Source of the DNA: Myxococcota bacterium
Lineage (GTDB): Bacteria > Myxococcota_A > Polyangia > Nannocystales > Nannocystaceae
Assembly (NCBI GenBank): GCA_039028615.1
Contig: JBCCHT010000004.1
Location: forward strand, 256,001 to 320,000
DNA: 64,000 bases
Direction of reading: 5' to 3'
Shown: positions 39,660-49,400 of the stretch, piece after piece
Layout of the letters: each line of letters begins with the position of its first letter
Position numbering within the stretch: position 1 is the first letter of the stretch
The notes under the pieces: model-generated
Told to the model about the DNA's origin: nothing
Seen by the model: only the letters and a program-made list of their open reading frames with translations
Database searches by the model: none
Position numbers and translations under genes: made by a program

Positions 39660-41561
39660 ATGCGAACGACTCGTGCTCCCATCCTCGCCGGCCTCGGCAG
39701 CCTGCTCCTCCTGGCCTGTGAAGCGTCCGGGCCGTTCCACGAATCCGAGAGTCGGAAGGAAGAAGCCCCGGCCGTGGCGTCATCGAAGGCCCCCGGCTAT
39801 CCCGCCCCGAGCGCGGACAAGGCCGCCGCCATGCCTCGCGGCGAAGATGCGCGCGCGGCCGAGCCTGCCGCGCGGTCCGATCTCATGCCGCTCGACGGGG
39901 CGCCTGAGGCTCGCGACGAGCGCGCCCACTACGACGACCGGGCGCGTCAACAACCCGCGCCCGGGCCCGGACGCCTGACGGCGGGGCAGTGGTCGGACCG
40001 CGACGACTGGCCCCGCTGGCAACGGCTGCTCGCCCCCGGCTCCATCCACCACCAGGCGCTCGGTGAATGGAGCATCCCGCACCGCGATCGAGTCAGCGTG
40101 ACGCTCCGGGGCGACGACTTCGTTCCCGCCGACACCCTGGTCGTGCTGCAGGACCCGAGCGGGCGTTCACTGTGGCAAGCGCGGACGGACAACGAAGGGC
40201 GCGTCGACCTGTTCCTGCCCGCGGGGCAGAGCGGTCAGGTCTTCGTCGCCGGCCCCGGTCGCGTCGCGACGCGCAACGTGAAGGCGGGCGAGGACCACGT
40301 ACTCCGCGTCGAGACCCCGACCTCGGTCGTGTCCGCGCTCGACCTGATGTTCGTCGTCGACACCACGGGCTCGATGAGCGACGAGCTCCAGTACCTCCAG
40401 GCCGAGCTGTCGTCCATCGTGCAGCGCGTTCGCCATGGCGCGGCGCAGGACTACGAGGTGCGCACGAGCGTGAACTTCTTCCGCGACAACGGCGACGAGT
40501 ATCGGCTCCGCAGCTTCCCGTTCACCGCCGACACCTCGCGCAGCCTCTCGCAGCTTCGAGCCCAGACCACCGGGGGCGGCGGAGACTATCCCGAGGCCCT
40601 CGCCGCGGCGTTGGCCGATGGCGTCGACCGGCACCGATGGAGTCGCTCGGCCGTCGCGCGCATCATGTTCGTGATCACCGATGCCCCGCCCCACCCGGGC
40701 TCGAGGGTGGGACGCCAGCTGGAGAGCACCATCGCCCACGCGGCGGACAAGGGCATCCGCATCGTGCCCATCGCCAGCAGCGGCGTGAACAAGCCCACCG
40801 AGTTCATCCTGCGGCACCTGGCGGTGAGCACGGGTGGGCGCTACGTGTTCCTCACCGATCACAGCGGCATCGGGAACTCCCACATCGAGCCCACGGTCGG
40901 TCCTCACACGATCGAGCCCCTCGACGACCTGCTGGTGGAGCTCATCGAGGACTACACCGACCACGATCAGCTGTCGCTCATCGACCCGCGCACGGTCGAC
41001 AATCACCCGGCCGAGGCTCGAGCGCCTCACGCCATGGCGTATGCCCGCCACGACGGACCGAGCCCGTGGTGGCTGCTGGGGCTCGGCTTGCTGGTCCCCG
41101 GGTTCGTGGCGGGCCGACGCTGGGCTCGGGTGACACGGGTGCCGGCCGTCAGCGATCCGCGGGTCGCCCGAGCGCGACGCATGCTCCGCGAGCTGAACCG
41201 CCACGACCGGGGGGCCTCCACCACCGACGCCGGATCCTGGCACGCGCAAATGCAGGAAGTGGTCGAGGGCATGGAACAGCTCGTCCGTCAGCAGCAGGCC
41301 ATCTCGACGTCGCTCCGCGTGGCGGGGGCGCTGCCCGAGGAGGCCGGCTCCGAGGGGGTCCGCTCCTCGCTCCGCAGCGAGGTCGAGCGACGACGCACCG
41401 CCATCGACTCGGAGATCGACGCCGGCCTGGTCTCGGTCGAAGCCGCGTACCTGCACGTCATCAGCGGCGTGGGTGAGTCGTCCGCGACTCAGGCCAGCCT
41501 GGATGCTGCTCGCGAGGCGCTCCAGACCCGCATCGACGTCGACCGTGAGCTCCGCGGTTGA
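39660..41561 (+). CDS. VWA-domain lipoprotein with a C-terminal TM segment and helical tail
   Basis: Lipobox LLAC, LTAGQW.D, MIDAS DTTGSM, GGGDYPE, TDAPPH, TGGRYVFLTDHSG; TM WWLLGLGLLVPGFVAG. Confidence 0.85.
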   Translation: MRTTRAPILAGLGSLLLLACEASGPFHESESRKEEAPAVASSKAPGYPAPSADKAAAMPRGEDARAAEPAARSDLMPLDGAPEARDERAHYDDRARQQPAPGPGRLTAGQWSDRDDWPRWQRLLAPGSIHHQALGEWSIPHRDRVSVTLRGDDFVPADTLVVLQDPSGRSLWQARTDNEGRVDLFLPAGQSGQVFVAGPGRVATRNVKAGEDHVLRVETPTSVVSALDLMFVVDTTGSMSDELQYLQAELSSIVQRVRHGAAQDYEVRTSVNFFRDNGDEYRLRSFPFTADTSRSLSQLRAQTTGGGGDYPEALAAALADGVDRHRWSRSAVARIMFVITDAPPHPGSRVGRQLESTIAHAADKGIRIVPIASSGVNKPTEFILRHLAVSTGGRYVFLTDHSGIGNSHIEPTVGPHTIEPLDDLLVELIEDYTDHDQLSLIDPRTVDNHPAEARAPHAMAYARHDGPSPWWLLGLGLLVPGFVAGRRWARVTRVPAVSDPRVARARRMLRELNRHDRGASTTDAGSWHAQMQEVVEGMEQLVRQQQAISTSLRVAGALPEEAGSEGVRSSLRSEVERRRTAIDSEIDAGLVSVEAAYLHVISGVGESSATQASLDAAREALQTRIDVDRELRG

Positions 41562-41591
41562 TCGCGGCGCTCGCTCGGCGGCGGCGGCGAT

Positions 41592-41948
41592 TCACCGCCG
41601 CCGTCGAGGCGTGTTGGGGACCGCCAGGCCGAGCACGATGGGCGCGGCGACGAATACGAACGCAGAGGCGAGGAACGGCCCGAATGAGCGCCACAGCTCC
41701 GCTCCCTTCGAGAACAGGTCGGCGGGGTCCAAGAACGCGAGATACACCGCCATCCCGACGCGGTGAATCACGAACGAAATCGCCATCGTCGCCGCCGACC
41801 AACGCAGCGGCGGCTGTCCGCTCGCCCGCGCGAACGTCCACGCCCACGCCGAGACCCCGACCGTGACCACCGTCTCGATCATGATGGCGGCCGGCAGCTC
41901 GAGGGGCGCAGGAGCAGCAGGCTCGATGGGCACGGGGGGCTGGAACAA
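41592..41948 (-). CDS. Small hypothetical membrane protein
   Basis: Three hydrophobic segments; fills the gap between + strand genes; start uncertain. Confidence 0.5.
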   Translation of the reverse strand: MFQPPVPIEPAAPAPLELPAAIMIETVVTVGVSAWAWTFARASGQPPLRWSAATMAISFVIHRVGMAVYLAFLDPADLFSKGAELWRSFGPFLASAFVFVAAPIVLGLAVPNTPRRRR

Positions 41949-42058
41949 GCCTCGATGCTCCCACGACCTCGCGATTTCGAGGAGAGTCGTGGGACCGTTC
42001 CCTTTCGGTGCTGCTCGGCCCGCGCGTCGACGGCCGCGACCGGTCTATCATGGCGCAA

Positions 42059-42757
42059 ATGCGACGCTCTTGGCTCCCGCTCGCCGTCTTGTTCGCCTGC
42101 AATCCGAAGACAGAGGCACCCCCCACGGTGGCGCCCGAGCCCGAGGCGGTCGCCGAAGCCCCCGAAGCCGACGGCGAGGACGAGGTCGATCCAGAGGCCG
42201 CGGCCGCGGCCGCGCGTGAAAAGGAGCTCCAGCGCAAACGCAACGAGCCGCCCCCCGCGGGCCTGTCCGCCGGCTTGGTCTCCGACTTCGAGAGCGGCGA
42301 GCTGCGCTCGGAGTTCGGCGCGGGCTGGACCAAGGCCAGCGACGAAATGGAGGACGGCGCGTCCACGGCCGAGCTGGAGGTGGTGGCGGACGGCCCCGAC
42401 GGCTCCCCCAACGCCTTGAAGATCCGCGCGACCATCGACGGGAGCTCGGCCAATCCCTGGGCCGGCGCAATGTTCTTCCCGGGTAATCGTGCGATGGCCC
42501 CGGCCAACCTCATCAGCAAACCCACCGTCACCTTCCACGCGCGCGGCGACGGGCCGCTGGTGGTGATGGTCTTCGCCGAGCAGCTCGAGGGCACCCCCGC
42601 CCGCACCACCGTCGAGATCGGCGAGGAGTGGGGGCGCTACGAGGTCGACATGCGGACCCTCGTGCCCGAGCCCTACGACATCACGGCCATCGTGTTCGGG
42701 GCTCCGCCCACCGCCGGCACCTGGGAGCAGTGGGTCGACGACGTCCGCCTCAAGTGA
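42059..42757 (+). CDS. Lipoprotein with a CIA30/CBM11-like beta-sandwich domain
   Basis: Lipobox LFAC; SDFE, GW...SD, WAG..FFP, F.ARGDG, VDDVRL; ATG 7 nt after TATCAT. Confidence 0.75.
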   Translation: MRRSWLPLAVLFACNPKTEAPPTVAPEPEAVAEAPEADGEDEVDPEAAAAAAREKELQRKRNEPPPAGLSAGLVSDFESGELRSEFGAGWTKASDEMEDGASTAELEVVADGPDGSPNALKIRATIDGSSANPWAGAMFFPGNRAMAPANLISKPTVTFHARGDGPLVVMVFAEQLEGTPARTTVEIGEEWGRYEVDMRTLVPEPYDITAIVFGAPPTAGTWEQWVDDVRLK

Positions 42758-42764
42758 GGCCAGG

Positions 42765-45700
42765 TCAGCCGTCGAGCAAGGGGTCGCAGATCTCCGCCGC
42801 CTCGGGATAGTGGCGCCGAAACACGCGCAGGCGCTCACATCCGATCCGGGTCAGCTCGGCGGGCGGCACGGGCCAGAGGACGCCCCCGCCCTCCTTGACC
42901 ATGCCGATGCGCTCGCGGGTGAGGTTGTCGCCCGTGGCCGTGTCCCAGACGTGGAGCGCGTCGTTGGAGCGCGTGGTGAGGCGGGCGCCGTCGGGTGAGA
43001 ACACGAAGCGGCGAACGACCCCCGGATGGTCGATGTAGGTGACGAGCGCGCCCGACTTGCGATCGAAGATCCGCACCACCTCCAGCCCGGCGATGGCGAG
43101 CCAGCGTCCATCGGGCGAGTAGCCCAGGTGGACCATGCGAGGTTGGTGCAGGTCGGGTCCGATGCGGCGCAGCACCGCGCCCGTCTCGACGTCCCATACC
43201 CACACGCCCAGCACGTGATGACCCCCCGCGACCTCGGAGCCGTCGGGGGAGAAGGCCAGGTACTGCACGGGCTGCGACCCGGCGAGGGTCACCCGGGGCA
43301 CGAGCGTGTGGGCGTCCCACAGCTGAAGGTCGCCGCGCTCGCCCGCCGCCACGAGCTCGGTGCCGTCCGGGGAGAACACGACGCCGAAGCGGCGCCCCTG
43401 GGGAACCTCGGATGGCAGCGGTAGCTCGGCCCGCAGCGCTCCCGTCTGCGTGTCCCGCAGCTGCACCATCGAGCTGCCGGCTTCGATGGCGAGCTGGGTG
43501 TCGTCGGGCGAAAAGAGCAGGCTCCGCGTCCGCACCCGCGACTCGATCTGCGTGAGCGGCCCCCGGGTGTGGGCATCGTAGATCGTGACGTCCGCCTCGC
43601 CGACCACCACCAGCTGGGTGCCCGATGGCGAGAAGCGTAGGTCTCGGATGTGCGGCACGACGTCCGTGGTCGAACGCAGCTGGCCCGTCTCGGCGTCCCA
43701 GACCCGCATCCGACCGGCATGCGCCACCACCAGTTCGGGCGTGTCGGGCACGAACGCCATGAACACGCCGCCATGGGATTCCGCCTCGTCGAGGGTGTGC
43801 AGCACGGTGCCCGTCTCGTTGTTCCACAGCCGCAGCCGACCATCGCTGGACACCGTGGCCAGGCGGCGATGATCGGTCGAGTACGCGAACCGACGGACGT
43901 CCGCATACGGCCCCTCGAGCACGGTGATCTCCACGTGGTCGAGATCCCAGATCCGCGCCGTCCGATCGACGCTCGCAGTGGCGAGGTGACGACCGTCGGG
44001 GGCGAAGGCCAAGCTCCACACGTCGGCCCCATGCCCGCGTAGCTGCGATTTTTGGCGGCCGTGCTCCGGGCTCCACACCGAGACGTTGCCGTCGTAGCTG
44101 CCCATCGCCACGCTCGATCCGTCGCGGGCATAGGCCACGCTGTCGATCCCCGAGCCCTCTCGATCGCTGGCGAGCACCGCCAACGGCTTGCCGGACGCAG
44201 GGTCGAAGATCCGCCCCGTCGCATCCCACGAGACCGTCGCCAGGCGAGCGCCATCGGCCGAGTACGCCAGGTCCTTGACCCGATCGCGGTGGCCCGGCAA
44301 CACCGCGACCGGCTCCCCTGTCTCCAAGGCCCAGGTACGCGCGGTGCCATCGTCGCTGGCCGTGGCCACCTGCGTGCCGTCGGGGGCAATGGCGACGACG
44401 GTGATCTCCTGCTCATGGCCGAGCATGCTCGCCACCCGCTGCCCCGTGCTCACGTCCCAGACCTTGCCCGCCGCGTCGGCCCCCACCGTCACCAGCCGCG
44501 CCCCATCGGGCGAGTACGCGAGGTCGTATACGACGCCCTGAGCATCGGCCGAGAGCGTGGACGACAGCGTCCCCGCGGGCACCTCCCAGATCCGAACCTC
44601 GGCGCCCTGCCCCGCGGTGGCCAGCCGCGTCCCGTCGGGGGAAAAGGCGAGCGAAGACAGGGCCCCCTCGGAGCCGCCGAGGGTGGCGAGTCGCTCGCCC
44701 GACGCGACGTTCCACAGCTGCGCTCGCCCCTCCATCGTCGCCGTGGCCAGGCGAGTGCCGTCGGGTGAAAACGCCAGCGTCCAGATCTGCCCCGCATCGC
44801 CGGCCAGGGTCCGCCCCGGCTGCCCCCGTGCCGAGTCCCACAGGCGCGCGCTGCCGTCGTAGCTGCCCGTGGCCAGCCAGCGCCCGTCGGGCGAGTACGC
44901 GAGACACGAGACGTAGTCCTCGTGACCCCGCAGCACGTGCCGAGCCTGCATGACGACCGGTTCGTGGGCGAGCACCTGCTCGAGCCCGGTCACTGCTTCG
45001 CCGGGCGCCTCCCCCCACGCGTCCGCGTAGGTGCCGACGGCCTGCACCCCGAGCAAGAGCGCCTCCGCCTCACGGCCCATGCCCACGAGCGCCCGCGCTC
45101 GAAGCCCCCGCTGGACCGCGAGCTGCTGCACGAGCTCGGCGTTCTGGAGCTCGAGCGTGCCCGCTTGCTCCTCGATGACCGCGTCGCGCTCGGCCACTTC
45201 CCCCGACAACGACAGCACGCCCCACGAGCCGCCCACGAAGGCGGCCGCGACCGCGAACCGGGCCAGCAACCGACGACGACGTGCGACCGGATCGGCCGCG
45301 AGCGCGTCGAGGAGGTGCTGCATCGACTCGAAGCGCTCGCCGGGCTCCTTCGCCAGGCCCTGGACGATGACCGCGCGAACCCACGCGGGCACGGGGATGC
45401 CGGGCGGCGCCCCGCGGACCACCCCGTTGTCGAGCGCGTTGACCAGCTCGCCCACCGTCTCGCCCTGGAAGGGGCGCTCGCCGTAGAGCGCCTCGTACAG
45501 CGCCACACAAAACGCGAACTGATCGCTGCGCGCATCGACGGGCTCCGCCCCGAACTGCTCGAGCGCCATATAGGCCGGCGTGCCCATCATCGAGCCCGTC
45601 TGCGTCAGCGAAGTGGCCGAAGCATCGGGGTCGACCGCTTCGGTCGTCTCGCCGTCCTCCACCCGCACGAGGCCGAAGTCCATGACCCGGACCCGGCCGT

Positions 45701-46274
45701 CCTCGCTCAGCATCACGTTTTCCGGCTTGAAGTCGCGATGCACCAGCCCGGCCTCGTGGGCCGCGGCCAGCCCTTCTCCCGCCCGCGTGAACACCTCCAG
45801 CACCTCGCGCCAGGGCCAGACGCGCGGGGCACCGTCTTCGCCGACGAGGACATCCGGGCTCACCACCGCCGCGCTTTCGGGCACCGACTCCATCCACTCC
45901 GCCAGGTTGCGGCCGCCCACGAACTCCATCGCCACGAAGACCTGCTCTTCGTGCACCCCCACGTCGTGCACCGACACGACGTTGGGGTGGTCGAGCTTCG
46001 CCAGCGCCTGTGCCTCGCGATGCAGTCGCTTCTGCGAGCGAGACAGTGACCCGCCTCGCGGCCGCAGGAGCTTCAGGGCGACCTTGCGATCGAGCTGCGG
46101 ATCGTACGCCGCGAACACCATGCCCATCGCGCCCGCGCCCACCTGGGAGAGCAGGACGTAACGCCCGATGGTCGCACCCGCGGCGAAGCCCGCGGTGGAC
46201 TCGGAGCCCTCGCCGACGCCGCTTTGGGCCCGACTCGTGGCGTCGACGTTGGCGTCGTGGGAAGACCCGAGCAT
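42765..46274 (-). CDS. Ser/Thr protein kinase with TM segment and WD40 repeats
   Basis: GAGAMG, VALK, HRDFKPEN, DFG, GTPAYMALE; many GH...FSPDG...ATxS.D...RxWD repeats. Confidence 0.93.
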   Translation of the reverse strand: MLGSSHDANVDATSRAQSGVGEGSESTAGFAAGATIGRYVLLSQVGAGAMGMVFAAYDPQLDRKVALKLLRPRGGSLSRSQKRLHREAQALAKLDHPNVVSVHDVGVHEEQVFVAMEFVGGRNLAEWMESVPESAAVVSPDVLVGEDGAPRVWPWREVLEVFTRAGEGLAAAHEAGLVHRDFKPENVMLSEDGRVRVMDFGLVRVEDGETTEAVDPDASATSLTQTGSMMGTPAYMALEQFGAEPVDARSDQFAFCVALYEALYGERPFQGETVGELVNALDNGVVRGAPPGIPVPAWVRAVIVQGLAKEPGERFESMQHLLDALAADPVARRRRLLARFAVAAAFVGGSWGVLSLSGEVAERDAVIEEQAGTLELQNAELVQQLAVQRGLRARALVGMGREAEALLLGVQAVGTYADAWGEAPGEAVTGLEQVLAHEPVVMQARHVLRGHEDYVSCLAYSPDGRWLATGSYDGSARLWDSARGQPGRTLAGDAGQIWTLAFSPDGTRLATATMEGRAQLWNVASGERLATLGGSEGALSSLAFSPDGTRLATAGQGAEVRIWEVPAGTLSSTLSADAQGVVYDLAYSPDGARLVTVGADAAGKVWDVSTGQRVASMLGHEQEITVVAIAPDGTQVATASDDGTARTWALETGEPVAVLPGHRDRVKDLAYSADGARLATVSWDATGRIFDPASGKPLAVLASDREGSGIDSVAYARDGSSVAMGSYDGNVSVWSPEHGRQKSQLRGHGADVWSLAFAPDGRHLATASVDRTARIWDLDHVEITVLEGPYADVRRFAYSTDHRRLATVSSDGRLRLWNNETGTVLHTLDEAESHGGVFMAFVPDTPELVVAHAGRMRVWDAETGQLRSTTDVVPHIRDLRFSPSGTQLVVVGEADVTIYDAHTRGPLTQIESRVRTRSLLFSPDDTQLAIEAGSSMVQLRDTQTGALRAELPLPSEVPQGRRFGVVFSPDGTELVAAGERGDLQLWDAHTLVPRVTLAGSQPVQYLAFSPDGSEVAGGHHVLGVWVWDVETGAVLRRIGPDLHQPRMVHLGYSPDGRWLAIAGLEVVRIFDRKSGALVTYIDHPGVVRRFVFSPDGARLTTRSNDALHVWDTATGDNLTRERIGMVKEGGGVLWPVPPAELTRIGCERLRVFRRHYPEAAEICDPLLDG

Positions 46275-46436
46275 CGGTCGACCCGAATCCTAACGCGAAA
46301 CCCACTGCCAGGTTACGGGACCCACGCGGCCCAGGCTGGCGCTACCGGGCCCTGGGTGGGCCCTGGGCGGGCTCCGGGGTGTGAGCGGGATTGCCGTCTT
46401 CCATCCCGGTCGGTCCGGCGTTATGCACGAGTCACC

Positions 46437-47771
46437 GTGACCGACCTCGCTTCCCTCGGAATCGCCGTCCCCGAGATCCTGCTGCCCCGCGCCGACGTGG
46501 ATCCCACGCGCTGGGCCGTCGTCGCGTGCGACCAGTACACCTCCGAGCCGGAGTACTGGCAGCGCGTCGCGGATACGGTGGGTGACGCCCCCTCCACCCT
46601 GCGGCTCATCTACCCCGAGGTGTTCCTCGATGAAGCCGAGCCTCAGCGACGCATCACCGCCATCCGCGAGGCGATGCAGGGCTACCTCGACGACGGCGTG
46701 CTCACCAAGCAGGCGGGTTTCATCTACGTCGAGCGGCAGATCGGCGAGACGGTGCGCCGCGGCCTGATGGTCGCGATGGATCTCGAGGCCTACGACTTCA
46801 ACAAGGGCTCGTCGTCGCTGGTGCGAGCGACGGAGGGCACCATCCTCGATCGCCTGCCGCCGCGGATCCGGATCCGCGAGGGTGCGCCCATCGAGCTGCC
46901 CCACATCATGGTGCTCATCGACGATCCCGAAAAGCGGGTGATCGAGCCGCTGGGCGAGGCCAAGGATCAGCTGGAGACGCGCTACGACTTCGACCTGATG
47001 CTGGGCGCCGGCCACATCGCGGGCTACGCCGTCGGACCGGAGCAACAAGCGGGCGTCACCGCAGGCCTGGCGGCCCTCGCCGACGCGGACGCGTTCGCCG
47101 AGCGCTACGACCTCGACCCGGGCACGGCCGTGCTCCTGTTCGCGATGGGCGACGGCAACCACTCGCTGGCCACCGCCAAGGCGATCTGGGAGCAAGCCAA
47201 AAAGGACGCCGACGATCCGAAGGCGCTCGAGGGCGACCCGCGTCGCTTCGCCCTGGTGGAGCTGACCAACCTGCACGACGAGTCGCTGGTCTTCGAGCCC
47301 ATCCACCGCGTGCTCTTCGAGCTGGGCGAGGGCGTCGACATCGGTGCCCGCATGCAGGCCTACTTCGGGGACCGGCTCACGGTGGAGAGCGTCGCGGACT
47401 TCGACGCGATGACGACCGCCGTCGAGGGCTCCACCGCCGCCAGCCAGCGCTGGGGCGTGGTGACTCCGCAGGGGCACGCCGTCGCCACCCTGACCCAGCC
47501 CGAGGCCAACCTCCCCGTGGGCTCGCTCCAGGCGTTCCTGGACGCGTTCATGGGAGAAAACGGGGCCCGCGAGCTCGACTACGTGCACGGCAGCGAGCCG
47601 GTGGCTCGGCTCGGCGCCGCCGCGGGCAATGCCGGGTTCTTCCTGCCCGGCATGGACAAGCACGACCTGTTCAAGACGGTGATCGTCGACGGGGCGCTGC
47701 CGCGGAAGACCTTCTCGATGGGCGAGGCCGAGGAAAAGCGCTTCTACCTCGAGTGCCGCGCGCTCGGCTGA
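46437..47771 (+). CDS. DUF1015 family protein
   Basis: WAVVACDQYTS, RATEGTI.DRLPPR, ELPHIMVL, GDGNHSLATAK, EPIHR, LPRKTFSMGEA.EKRFYLE. Confidence 0.9.
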   Translation: MTDLASLGIAVPEILLPRADVDPTRWAVVACDQYTSEPEYWQRVADTVGDAPSTLRLIYPEVFLDEAEPQRRITAIREAMQGYLDDGVLTKQAGFIYVERQIGETVRRGLMVAMDLEAYDFNKGSSSLVRATEGTILDRLPPRIRIREGAPIELPHIMVLIDDPEKRVIEPLGEAKDQLETRYDFDLMLGAGHIAGYAVGPEQQAGVTAGLAALADADAFAERYDLDPGTAVLLFAMGDGNHSLATAKAIWEQAKKDADDPKALEGDPRRFALVELTNLHDESLVFEPIHRVLFELGEGVDIGARMQAYFGDRLTVESVADFDAMTTAVEGSTAASQRWGVVTPQGHAVATLTQPEANLPVGSLQAFLDAFMGENGARELDYVHGSEPVARLGAAAGNAGFFLPGMDKHDLFKTVIVDGALPRKTFSMGEAEEKRFYLECRALG

Positions 47772-47813
47772 GCGCTCCACCGGGGTCCGGCTGCGGTCGG
47801 GCCCGCGGTTTCG

Positions 47814-48947
47814 TCAGCACTCGGTGGCACCGCGGGACCGCAGCAGCGCCGCGACTTCGTCCCGACCCCCGAGTTCGGCCATGAACAGCGCGGTCCGACC
47901 GTCGGGCGCGGCGCTGTCGACCGGGACCTGTTCCTCGTCGAGCAAGCGCCGAACATCGTCGACAAAGCCGCGGTAGGCGGCCCACAGCAGCGAGGACGTG
48001 CGCGGGTGGAGGTCGGTCCGACGCCGCGCTCGCTCGCGCCCCTCGGGGAGCAGGCGCTCCGCCTCGCGGCGTTGCTCGGCATCGACGTGCTCGAGTAGCA
48101 ACTCGACGATTCGCTCGTAGCCTTCGCGAGCCGCGACCTCGATGGGGCTTTGGCCGCGGCGATCGACGACGGAAGCGTCGCAGCCCCGGGCCAGGAGGAT
48201 CTCGACGATCGGGACGGACTCGATCGCCACCGCTTCGTGCAGCGGAGTGCGATCGTGAATGCCGAGACCATTGATGCCCGCTCCGTTGTCGAGCAACAGA
48301 CAGACGATGTCCGCATGGCCGAAGCGGCACGCGGTGTGGAGCGGAGCCCCGTCCTTGTCGGAGTAGAAAAGCCGGACGCCCGTCGTCAGCAGCAACTCGA
48401 TGGTCTCGGTGGAACCGCTCGGCACCGAGGAGTTCAGCAGATGAGGATTGACGAGGATCCCCGCGCCCTTGTCGAGCAGCGCGCGAACCTCTTCCGTGCA
48501 CCCTCTCTGCGCTGCGTCGAAGAGCGCGGCCAAGTGTTTTTCGCGAAAGGCTCGACCGCGCGTGATGCCCCGGTAGCGACGCATCTCGGCCACGAGTTCG
48601 GGAGTACAGCTCGGCAAGTCGACCCCGAGCAGGTGGTGCTCCACGCGGCGACAGGTCCACGACGGAGTTCGCTCGGACGTGGTGGCCAGCACCCAACCGT
48701 CGCGATGCCAGCTCTCCATGAGGCCCCGACAGACACCGCGCGCTTGTTCGGTCGTGGACCGAATGTCGTCGTAATCGTCATACGCCGTGGGGTCGCCGAG
48801 ATTCAGCCCCGAGATGTCACCGCTGCCCTGCCGGATGAGACTGCCCCCGAGGCAAAGCACTCGGTAGTGCACCGCGTCGCCGTGCTCGCGCAGCCATAGC
48901 CAGTGGCCTTCGAGCGTTTCGTCATCCGGCGGCACGCTGATGCCCAC
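47814..48947 (-). CDS. Ankyrin-repeat protein with an unknown (WGR-like?) N-terminal domain, copy 1
   Basis: About 7 ankyrin repeats (PLHTACRFGH, TPLHEAV, SPIEVAAREG, LLWAAYRG, TALFMA). Confidence 0.88.
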   Translation of the reverse strand: MGISVPPDDETLEGHWLWLREHGDAVHYRVLCLGGSLIRQGSGDISGLNLGDPTAYDDYDDIRSTTEQARGVCRGLMESWHRDGWVLATTSERTPSWTCRRVEHHLLGVDLPSCTPELVAEMRRYRGITRGRAFREKHLAALFDAAQRGCTEEVRALLDKGAGILVNPHLLNSSVPSGSTETIELLLTTGVRLFYSDKDGAPLHTACRFGHADIVCLLLDNGAGINGLGIHDRTPLHEAVAIESVPIVEILLARGCDASVVDRRGQSPIEVAAREGYERIVELLLEHVDAEQRREAERLLPEGRERARRRTDLHPRTSSLLWAAYRGFVDDVRRLLDEEQVPVDSAAPDGRTALFMAELGGRDEVAALLRSRGATEC

Positions 48948-48953
48948 GCGACG

Positions 48954-48963
48954 ATGGTACCGT
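48954..48963. promoter_or_regulatory. Overlapping bidirectional -10 boxes, module 1
   Basis: ATGGTACCGT: TACCAT on - (6 nt before GTG 48947) and TACCGT on + (9 nt before GTG 48973). Confidence 0.55.
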
Positions 48964-48972
48964 CATCGGGTC

Positions 48973-49386
48973 GTGTCCGCCGATCCGATGAGCGCTCTCG
49001 AGATTCGGACACGCAAAGGGTGGCAGATTCCCACGCTTCGCTTCTATCGCGAGTCGGGGGTGAGAGACATCGACCTGGAACGATACTCGGCGCTCCACCT
49101 GCTCGGCGCCTTCGACTACCGGATCGACCCCCGCGACCTCCCCGAGCCCATCGTCGACACGCCACGAGGAAGGCCGACCGACTGCTCGAAGAAGCTCTAC
49201 GAGATGACGGCCGAGTACGCGGGGCCAATCAGCTGGCTCACGGTAGAGGAGCTGTTGCTGCACGACTGGGAGCCCGCGCTGGATCACCCCAACGGGCCCG
49301 CCGATTGGCTGCTGCCCATGCTCGACACGCTCTTTGCCCTGGGTGCACCGAGGGACCACCGCTTGGTGTTCTGGCTGGGATGGTGA
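48973..49386 (+). CDS. Small conserved hypothetical protein, copy 1
   Basis: PIVDTPRGRPTDC, ISWLTVEELLLHDWE, RLVFW; homologous to the 50568 gene; GTG start chosen by alignment (ATG 48988 is an alternative). Confidence 0.8.
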   Translation: MSADPMSALEIRTRKGWQIPTLRFYRESGVRDIDLERYSALHLLGAFDYRIDPRDLPEPIVDTPRGRPTDCSKKLYEMTAEYAGPISWLTVEELLLHDWEPALDHPNGPADWLLPMLDTLFALGAPRDHRLVFWLGW

Positions 49387-49400
49387 GGACGCAACCCGGC

